Program-made: the position numbers and the translations under genes
Notes under the pieces: generated by a model
Told to the model about the DNA's origin: nothing
Seen by the model: only the letters and a program-made list of their open reading frames with translations
Database searches by the model: none
NCBI RefSeq assembly: GCF_006345805.1
Contig: NW_021828713.1
Location: forward strand, 1 to 7,890
DNA: 7,890 nucleotides
Origin: Octopus sinensis
Taxonomy: Eukaryota
Direction of reading: 5' to 3'
Shown: piece by piece, positions 1 through 7,599 of the stretch
Layout of the letters: each line of letters begins with the position of its first letter
How positions within the stretch are numbered: position 1 is the stretch's first letter

Positions 1-130
1 CGGATTAAATTTGACGGTTTTTATGTTTCCTGTTTTTCAGGAGCAGCTTCAAGTATCGGTGAACAGTCAATGGCGTTGGAGAACATAAAGATTAAACATA
101 AAGTTGTAGCTGAGAAAAAATTAGCTGACA

Positions 131-721
131 TGGAGGAGGACTGGAAGCCTGCTGAATGCCTTTATCATGATGATTCATGCCAGGTACCAAAATTCCAGCA
201 TCAGGACTGTTGCTCTATGAACACTGTAACGGCCGTAAGACGTAAGCTGAACATGAAAACCAACGCCCCTCAAACTCTAAAGGTTTTGGGGTATGTTTCC
301 AGTGAGGGTGGCGTCATACCACTCCCACAATCATTGAACAGGTCCTTAAGTTCAATTCAGATGTGAAACTGCTGGAGACTGCGGTCAATCCCTGGCTGGA
401 TAGGATTGTTACTGGAAGGCCATATGTGTGACAGCAAGATTCGGAAACGGTCAGAAGTGGTTGTCGGAGAACGTCTACGACTTCACCAACTCTAATTTCT
501 GGTCTCCTAATTCTCCCACTTGTAATCTCATGCGTTACTATGTGTGGGGCCCATTTGCGAAAGACACTAACTGTTCTGCCTGCAACACCAAGGCCAAGCT
601 GGTGGACAAGATCACGGAGATGCTCGAAAATCTTCCCAGGGACACAGTGAGGAATGAGTGCACCAGGTTCCGAAACTGTTTTGAGACCGTGGTGGAAGCA
701 GAGAAGAGCTACACTGAGTAA
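131..721 (+). pseudogene. Mariner/maT-like transposase pseudogene: N-terminal HTH remnant joined to the C-terminal half of the catalytic domain
   Basis: Across frames it reads MEEDWKPAE…CSMNTVTAVRRKL (HTH-like), then KTNAPQTLKVLGYVSSEGGVIP, …ETAVNPWLDRIVTGR, YV*QQDS (423-443, second catalytic D with an in-frame TGA), and GQKWLSENVYDFTNSNFWSPNSPTCNLMRYYVWG…RFRNCFETVVEAEKSYTE*. FWSPNSPTCNLMRYYVWG corresponds to the mariner/maT WPPNSPDxNPxDYxVWG motif. The first-D region is missing, and frameshifts and stops are present. Confidence 0.85.
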
Positions 722-823
722 ACGGTTACCTTCCAGCCATGGTCTGATTGATGAGGCTGGATTTTTTAATAAAATACTTTTGAATTTGGATGGGGTGCTG
801 TTTTATCTTTTCCTTTCATGTAG

Positions 824-853
824 ACGGTCAAATTTAACACAAAGATCCTGTTG
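824..853 (-). repeat. Right terminal inverted repeat of the mariner-like element (partner at 1-18, truncated by the window)
   Basis: 13/14 inverted match between 5-18 and 824-837, positioned where TIRs are expected around the transposase remnant. Confidence 0.7.
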
Positions 854-941
854 ATAGATAGAGAGACATAAAGAGATAGAGAGAAAGAGATAGAGAGAAA
901 GAGAGAGAGATGTACAGACAGACTGACAGACAGACAGACAA

Positions 942-1020
<79 letters not shown>
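854..1020. repeat. Compound microsatellite: GA/GAGATA-rich, then GACA, then (GATA)19 at 945-1020
   Basis: Read directly from the sequence. Confidence 0.97.
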
Positions 1021-1021
<1 letters not shown>

Positions 1022-1284
1022 GTTTCTTTATTGGCCACACAGGGCTGCACACAGATGGGACAAGTTACAAGGTAGAGCTTTTCTTTTGGGGGATGAAAAA
1101 AACAAAAAACAAAAGAAACAAAAAAAAAGGGGGTGGTGTAGGTTTTCGACCAAGAGGGATCGTAAATGGGAAGAAAAGAACAAAAATAAATAAATAAATA
1201 AAATAAAAAAGAAAAAAGAAAAAGAAAAAAAAGAAAAGGAAAAGGAACAAAAGAAAAGAGAAATGAAAAAAGAAAAAGATATAT

Positions 1285-1286
<2 letters not shown>
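1022..1286 (-). mobile_element. Short 3'-end-only copy (copy A) of the L1/Tx1-like LINE
   Basis: 1022-1056 GTTTCTTTATTGGCCACACAGGGCTGCACACAGAT differs by one base from the start of copy B at 1350. Shared blocks continue (AGCTTTTCTTTTG; TTTCGAYCAARAGGGATCGTAAA) to ~1190, then the sequence becomes A-rich low complexity. AATAAA lies on the minus strand at 1027-1032. Confidence 0.85.
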
Positions 1287-1342
<56 letters not shown>

Positions 1343-1349
1343 TAGATAT
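1287..1349. repeat. (GATA)14 microsatellite plus a degenerate unit, separating the two LINE 3' ends
   Basis: Read directly from the sequence. Confidence 0.97.
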
Positions 1350-4288
1350 GTTTCTTTATTAGCCACACAGGGCTGCACACAGATAGAACAAATTAGGTAA
1401 GCTTTTCTTTTGAAGGTTTAAAAAAAAAAAAAAAAAAAAAAAAGAAAGGGGAGTTTCGATCAAAAGGGATCGTAAAAGGAGAGAAAGAGGACAAAAAATG
1501 GGGGGTTAAAAAAAAGGGGGGAGAGGAAAAAAATTGATCAATAGGGATCGTTATCACAGAAATGTCAATATGAAGTGTAAAGGGGAGGACAGGTGAGGTT
1601 TACCCGTGGAAAGAAAAGCCTACGGAAAAGACCACGGTAACCTCGGTCAATGAAGTCACATTTTATATTTCTTTTTTTTTTTTTTTTTTTTTTTGCAAAT
1701 AAGCAAATCTCTGTTTTCAATTTCTGGGTTCATAGGATTATGCTCAAGGTGGCTTCGTCATTCATACGTGCCATTCACCCATTCACCCATTCACCCATCT
1801 TTTTTTAAAACATTCGCTAGACAAAACTTGCCTCTCTACTCTCACTTTCCTTTTCAAGTGGTACTTGAAGAAGTTGATGAGAGATTGACCAGAGAGGAAA
1901 GTGTTTGTCTCTAATCCTTTCAGACGCGTCCACCAGATACATTCTTTCGCCATAGCCACAAGGATGATGAAAATAGCTCTTCCTTCCCGTTTGAAGGAAG
2001 GAGGCTTGACAATATTGACGATAGACTCAGCTGATAAACCGACTCGTCCCACACGTGACAGCAGTTGTTCGACATAAGCCCACAGGTCGGAAATTGTTGG
2101 ACACTGAACGAGTGCGTGTAGAACGGTTTCGTCGCTCTGACCGCATCTCGGGCAGGTCGGCCCCGTGTTTCTCGAGCCGTGTCTGTAGAGCTTATCCCGA
2201 ACGGGTAGCCTTCTCGGTAGCACTGCCAGGCCAGGGATCTCTGGAAGTTGTCCATGGGCCCTGGCCGCGAAAGTCGTCCTGAACAGGCGGGTCAGGTACT
2301 CCTCGTCGACGTCCAGGTTCGCCCCGAGCTCGTCGTCGTACCTCCCTTCCACTAAACCCCTATAGAATGCTTTGGTTGTGTTGAAGTCACTTAAGGTCGA
2401 CCCAGGACGGCAGAGTTGCTTGAGAGCAACGCGACACTCGCGGTGCCATTCGCCCTTCCTCGGCCTCTTTTTGATCCACGACTGCAGTTCGGTCATGGAG
2501 ACGAGCTGCGGGAAAGCGTGCCTCACAAACGGCGACCACACCTGTTCACCATCGTCTACATAGAGCCAGAGATGTCGCAGTCTCAGCGCGTATCTGCGCA
2601 TCATCAACCACGGCATGCCCAGCCCTCCTTTTAACGGGTGTTGACAGCAAATGGATCGCCTGACCATCGGGACGCATCCTTTCCACAAGAGCGAAAGAGA
2701 ATGCGTTGTAGTTTGGTGATGGTAGGGTCGGGACATGGTACGACGGTCAGGCGGTAGTAGATGACGGACGCGATGTACGTGTTCGCCACCTCCTCCGCTC
2801 GACCTTTTAGGGACAGTTCCTCTCGGCCCATTGCCGGGCGAGAGTGACCACCCTACTCGTTATCTCGTTCCAGTTCTTCTCCACTTGGAGGTCCGGACCA
2901 AACCAGACCCCGAGTAACTCACCGGGCCGTCGGTCCAGCGTCCCACGACGGAGGCGCTGGTGGACGGCATGGGCTTGCTTCTCCAGGTGCCTAGTCGCAA
3001 GCCCACTGACTTTTCCCGGTTGATTTTCGCTCCTGTCACCGCTTCGTAGTTTTTCAGTGTCTCGCCGACCAGCTCGATGTGCTCGTGGCTAGACACTATG
3101 ACGGTGACGTCGTCCGCGTATGCGACACGATCGTCCCGCATCCCAATTCTCGCGGGATGCCCCTTAGAGTCGCCAGCTTCCGCAGTAGTGTGCTCAAGAG
3201 TCAATACGTATAGAAGCGCCGAGAGGGGGCATCCCTGACGAACCGAACGTGCAATGTCGAAAGGTCTCGATAGATGTCCATTTACGCGAATTACCGAACG
3301 GATGCCTCTGTACAAGGCAGCTATCCAGCCGCGGAAGACGGGACCGAAACCAGCCGCTCTCAGGACTGCCTCCAAGTATCGATGGTCTACCCTATCAAAG
3401 GCTTTCGATTGATCCAAGTTGATCAGGGCCCCACCCATGCCAGGTTCGTTAACTACCCTGTCTATGATGTAGCGCATCAGATGGAGGTTGTCATGGATGG
3501 TCCGCCTGGCACGGCGCACGTTTGCGCCTTGTCGACCAGTTTCTCGATGACAAGCGCCAACCTCTTGGCTAGCACCTTGCCAAAATTTTCAAGTTGCATT
3601 AAGCAGAGTGATGGGCCTAAAGTTATCTATTACATTTCCCTTGTTTAGATCTTTTTCAGCAGTGTTACGGCTCCTCGGCTCACAAAACCAGGATGCTCCC
3701 GTTTTGCTGCCAGTTGCAGTACACCGCCGCCAAGAGATCTCCAAACAAGTCTGGCATACAATTGTAAAGCTCGTAGGGTAGACCATCCAAACCCGGTGTG
3801 ATTTGTCCCTCGAGCATTCTGCCATCGCTTCCTGCACTTCCGCCGCCGTGATGGCACCTTCGCAGCACCCTGCCTTTCTTGTCGAGAGTCGTGGTAGGCT
3901 ATGTAGGTAGGCACTGAAGTCCACCCTACGTTCTTGCCCTCCACTCGTTCCGAACAGTCGGGCAAAATGCTGCTGAAAGGCCTCACACATTTTACTTGGC
4001 TCGAGCAATTCGCGCCCCTGTTCATCTACCAGGGACCGAATGGTGGCTTTGTTGCCCTGTTGCGCCCTCTGCCCCACCCGGCCTCTCTCGCGGCTCCAAC
4101 ACCTTCGTTCCTTAGAGCACGCATCCTAGCTCTGACAGCACATCCTTCGTGTTTGGCGTTGAAGTGTTGGTCGAGGGCCAACCTCGCCGCCAAAACGTCG
4201 GATTGCCTCTTCTAGCTTCTTAACTAGCTCACCCTCTACTCTATTTCTATCTATGGCTAGTGCTTTGCTGTACCTAATCGCTTCTAGG
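1350..4288 (-). mobile_element. 5'-truncated non-LTR retrotransposon, L1/Tx1 clade (copy B): partial ORF2 plus ~380 bp 3' UTR
   Basis: RT, CCHC knuckle and 3' UTR with AATAAA (minus strand, 1355-1360) are in the canonical order. The segment is GC- and CpG-rich against an AT-rich background. No ORF1 or APE endonuclease is present; the 5' end breaks in the linker upstream of RT (EAIRYSKALAIDRNRVEG…). Confidence 0.93.
1730..4286 (-). pseudogene. LINE ORF2 (reverse transcriptase plus C-terminal CCHC zinc knuckle), frameshifted as given
   Basis: Stitched frames give KSPGLDGLPYELY, FRPITLLNA, KILAKVLAKRL, RTIHDNL, LDQSKAFDRVDH (3394-3417 core), VRQGCPLS (~3220-3243), YADD (3109-3120), GAKINREKS, LLGVWFG, FLWKG…GGLG, and CPRCGQSDETVLHALVQC (C-X2-C-X8-H-X4-C, 2101-2154). 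These are L1/Tx1-clade hallmarks. About 15-16 frame breaks were counted by hand. Confidence 0.93.
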
Positions 4289-4487
4289 GAGAGAGAGATG
4301 TACAAACGGAACGGACGGACCGGACGGACGGACGGACAGACAGACTGACAGACAGACTGACAGACAGACAGGCAGGTAGACAAATAGAGAGATAGAGAGA
4401 TAGATAGATAGATAGAAAGATAGATAGATAGTTAGACAGACAGACAGACAGACAGACTACTTTATTGGATGACAGACCGACAGTCAC

Positions 4488-4518
<31 letters not shown>

Positions 4519-4605
4519 TACAGATGGATAAATAGATAGACAGACAGACAGACAAACAGACAGACAGGCAGACAGACAGACATACAAATAGATAGATAGA
4601 TAGAT

Positions 4606-4673
<68 letters not shown>
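4289..4673. repeat. Compound microsatellite: (GA)5-TGTACA, GGAC, GACA and GATA blocks
   Basis: Read directly from the sequence; it begins exactly at the LINE 5' junction. Confidence 0.97.
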
Positions 4674-4674
<1 letters not shown>

Positions 4675-4714
4675 ACTATGAAATCCACTACGTATCATTT
4701 CAGTGAAAACAACT

Positions 4715-4895
4715 AACAATTTGAAATCGATAAAAAAAAAATAAAAGATTACAAACAAAAATAATGAACATAAAATAAAACGAATACAACGAGAAAGACA
4801 CTAGAAATAAATAAAAAGAAATTGAAAAAAACAGGCGTTCATAATAAAACAACATAGAAAACACAACAAAAACCATAACAATCATACAACAAAGC
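4715..4895. repeat. A-rich low-complexity tract (AAC/AAT-rich)
   Basis: Strong A bias with no coding signal. Confidence 0.7.
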
Positions 4896-5184
4896 ATAAT
4901 GCCCAGTTGGCGATAAAAATTTTAAATCAACATGATTTTGGTGTTGGAGTCTTACCAAGTTTATCATCTTTGATCTGCTATCGTTTTGGAGAGGAGCAGC
5001 CCAAAGCCGTGGGGTTATTTGTTAATCAACAAAAAAGATTAAAACCTGTGTGTATTCTTTATTTCTGTTTTATTTGATATTTCCATTCAAGGTTCCATCC
5101 ATTGGAGGTTTCTGTTGAACAGTTACAAAAATTGAGAAACAAATAGTACCCCGCGAGGTTTGCTGTAGTTTAGGGCCTTGGTGT

Positions 5185-5231
5185 TTGTGAGTGTGTGTGT
5201 GTGTGTGTGTGTGTGGTAAATTTGTGTTTGT

Positions 5232-5264
<33 letters not shown>

Positions 5265-5780
5265 TAATGACGTGTGTGTGTGGATACGTGTTTGTACGTG
5301 TCTTTTGTGTGTGTAAATAATACGTTATTTTTTTACTCACAAACATAAAAGACAGCTATTTTAACGTTTCGTTGAATAATATACATGTGTGTGTGTGCAT
5401 GTGCGTGTGTATGCGTGTGTATGTGCGTGTATGAACGTATGTATGTAGGTATGGAAGTATGGAGGTATGAATACATATCTATCTATATATACATATATAT
5501 ACATATGTATATACATACCTGTATATATATGTATATATATATATATGTATATATATAATATATATATATATATAATTATATATATATATATATATATGTA
5601 TTTATGTATATACATGCATATAAACATGGCTATAGATACATATGTAAACATATATTCATATATATGCATTACATATATCATTGCTTATACATACATACAT
5701 ATTATATATATTATATATATAATATATATATATAGATATATAATATATATATATATATATATAATATATAATATATATAA
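5185..5780. repeat. (GT)n blocks grading through GTAT into a long degenerate (AT)n tract
   Basis: GT blocks at ~5185-5295 and ~5385-5460; AT-type repeat at ~5470-5780. Confidence 0.95.
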
Positions 5781-5781
5781 T

Positions 5782-5948
5782 GACACAGGGTCATTAGACT
5801 TTGGATAAAATAGACCACGTTTTTTTTTTTTGTGTTTCGGTTTAACTATTTTCCGAGTTCAAATCCTACTGAAACCATTTTTGCTTTTCGGCCTTTCGAT
5901 ATCTATGAAGTACCAAGCGAATTGGAGTATAACAGTCTTTCCCTCCAG
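5782..5948 (+). mobile_element. Decayed tRNA-derived SINE-like fragment
   Basis: Pol III B-box-like GAGTTCAAATCC at 5855-5866, followed by TTTGCTTTTCGGCCTTTCG…AAGTACCA. This resembles the body of abundant octopus SINEs as recalled from memory, not searched. Confidence 0.5.
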
Positions 5949-6068
5949 CTGACACAACCTGGATGCTCCACCGGTTCATATGTGCATGGTGCTGAAATGC
6001 GTCTAATGCCGTTTGTGTTACATGAGATCCTAGAACCAGCAAAAGCAAGCAATCGAGTCACCGTCGAT

Positions 6069-6076
6069 ATGTGTGT

Positions 6077-6130
<54 letters not shown>

Positions 6131-6168
6131 TGTATGTGTGAGTGCGCGTGTGTGTCCGTGTGCGCGCT
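6069..6168. repeat. (GT)n microsatellite
   Basis: Read directly from the sequence. Confidence 0.97.
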
Positions 6169-6189
6169 AAACAAAAGGATTTTGGTCAG

Positions 6190-6365
6190 AAGTTCCGATG
6201 GTGAGTGCTCACTTGATCAATTGAGCTAAAAGACTCATGAAATTAATGAGGAGGTGGTTGAGTATTGAGTACTACACAAACACAAGAACTCTTAATGTAA
6301 TTCTTAAAGGGAATCAGCGTGACAGTAAGACAGGGCTCTTTAAATCACAGGTACAATCCATCCAT
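6190..6365 (-). mobile_element. Decayed SINE-like fragment (3' half)
   Basis: CTCATGAAATTAA…GAGTACTACACAAACAC…CTTAATGTAATTCT…TCAGCGTGACA…CTTTAAATCACAGGTACAA resembles the reverse complement of a recalled octopus SINE. In-window support: CTTTAAATCACAGGTACA (~6341-6358) is echoed by CTTTGATTTACAGGTACA (~7698-7715). Confidence 0.5.
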
Positions 6366-6424
6366 AAGTCTTCTATAGAGGACAGACCCCTCAAATGTAA
6401 TATGCTCCTTACTGTCATAACACT

Positions 6425-6893
6425 CGACCACCAATGGACACTTTTCAACATGAATGGACTTGACAGAGCAAAATAGTAGTATAAGCATTAACCCGGAGGC
6501 ATCATCGAAAATGATAATGCAAAGATCCTATGGGAATTTATGATTCAGTGTGACCATGAGATAGAGAATAGGAAGCCAGACACTGTTTATTGAGGAAGAA
6601 AGCAAATGATGTTGAATCATAGATATGGCATGCCCAGCTGACAACAAGGTATGCGATAAGGAAGAAAGAAAAGTCGGTAGATATGACAGGTTAGCTTGGG
6701 AAGTTAAGCAGTTGTGGTTGATAAAAAAGGTGGTAGTAGTACCAATAATTATCGGAGCCCTGTGAACATTAAGTAAAAAAAGTACGTGGAACAAATAGGG
6801 CCTGCAATAAGGGTTGAGCACTTGCAGCGGACAGCACTGCTTCGAACCATCTCCAGCGTTAGAAGCTCTGCAAATACAATAAATAATAATAAT
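6425..6893 (+). mobile_element. Decayed 3' fragment of a restriction-like-endonuclease (RLE) non-LTR retrotransposon, R4/Dong-like, with a TAA-type tail
   Basis: Stitched translation: HQWTLFNMNGLDRAK**YKH*PGGIIENDNAKILWEFMIQCDHEIENRKPD (RKPD 6570-6581), …IIDMACPADNKVCDKEERKVGRYDRLAWEVKQLW…VVVVPIIIGAL* (IIDMACP 6616-6636), …EHLQRTALL. This is the PD-(D/E)xK RLE layout of R2/R4/NeSL-type ORFs. It ends in AATAAATAATAATAAT (6878-6893) and carries multiple nonsense substitutions. Confidence 0.85.
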
Positions 6894-6898
6894 TAGGG

Positions 6899-6968
6899 GG
6901 GAGGAGGAGGAGGAGGAGGAGGTTTATTACAAAGTGGCATATTTAATTCTTCATATATATATATATAT
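6899..6968. repeat. (GGA)n at ~6899-6922 and short (AT)n at ~6953-6968
   Basis: Read directly from the sequence. Confidence 0.9.
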
Positions 6969-7599
6969 AGCTTTAAATAGACCTACACGTGTTTCAATTA
7001 CATGGATTAGTAACCGTTGGAATTGTAGCCTTACTATAACATCGGTGCAGTTTCTTCAGGGGTTTTTTTATCCTTCGATCTACTGTGTGTTGTATGATGT
7101 AGAGTTGTCCGTTAAGTTTTGATTGGATAATTACTTATAGTCTATTATTTCAAAACATTCTGTTGTTTAATTGCTTATTATTCATTTGTTTGTGTGTCTG
7201 AGTGTCTGTGTGTGTATGTGTGTTTGTAAATTACATATATTAATGATAATTTATGTCTTAGCCCACAACAATGAATAATTCTGACATTAATAAAAAATAC
7301 ATTGTTTTGACTGAAAATATAATTTTCATATTTTTGCCTATAAACAGAATTTCTATATTTTAGTCAAGAAGTGTGATTTTTTTATATTTCAACTTGTAAA
7401 CATCAATAACCTGACAGATGACACACTTCATGTCCCACCAAGCACAGAACGTAACTTTTTTTCGGTTGTAGTCTTGGTATGCAGATGGATTTTCCTTTTC
7501 AACTGAACGTTAGCCATTGTCGCATTGTCGTTTTCAATGGAGGTGGTTATAGAGATCCTACTTTCAATCATTTATAATAAAAAGCTCATCGATTAAAAT

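Larger units (their letters stand above)
1..853 (+). mobile_element. Internally deleted Tc1/mariner-superfamily DNA transposon (maT/DD37D-like); left end probably clipped by the window edge
   Basis: Decayed transposase motifs at 131-721 are flanked by an inverted repeat. Bases 5-18 (TTAAATTTGACGGT) match the reverse complement of 824-837 (TTAAATTTGACCGT) at 13/14. The exact right boundary and the TA target duplication are unclear (…GATCCTGTTGATA). Confidence 0.85.

Noticed and set aside
766-1380. Minus-strand ORFs of 204, 116, 72 and 61 aa with YLSI/SIYL and F-rich runs
   Set aside because: They are translations of (TATC)n and A-rich UTR tracts; stop-poor low complexity, not genes.
1022-1410. 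35-bp direct repeat as a CRISPR array or LTR pair
   Set aside because: There are only two copies, and both lie at the same (3') end of the element rather than flanking it. No cas genes, primer-binding site or TG…CA ends are present.
2860-3800. RT as a bacterial retron, group II intron or DGR enzyme, i.e. a prokaryotic defence system
   Set aside because: The motifs (LDQSKAFD, QGCPLS, FLWKG…GGLG, C-terminal CCHC), the AATAAA-bearing UTR and the eukaryotic repeat context fit an L1/Tx1 LINE.
1693-4215. Plus-strand ORFs (1693-1914, 2055-2282, 2372-2563, 2416-2634, 3274-3648, 3934-4215)
   Set aside because: Antisense shadows of the GC-rich LINE ORF2 with no recognisable motifs.
4126-4897. Minus-strand ORFs over the right microsatellite and A-rich tract
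   Set aside because: Microsatellite translation artefacts. Only the EAIRYSK…EEAI portion of 4126-4383 is real and belongs to LINE ORF2.
4900-5170. Possible host exon in the unique-looking segment (also considered for 6970-7590)
   Set aside because: No convincing paired splice sites with an open, recognisable reading frame. A small exon cannot be excluded without RNA-seq.
5855-5866. B-box as part of a tRNA gene
   Set aside because: No cloverleaf or well-spaced A-box can be built; a decayed SINE head explains it better.
5361-6170. ORFs with YIYI, HTHT or CVCV runs
   Set aside because: Produced by (AT)n and (GT)n repeats plus a SINE remnant.
6237-6476. 79-aa plus-strand ORF as a gene
   Set aside because: It is a chance fusion of an antisense SINE-like fragment, unassigned sequence and the start of the RLE remnant.
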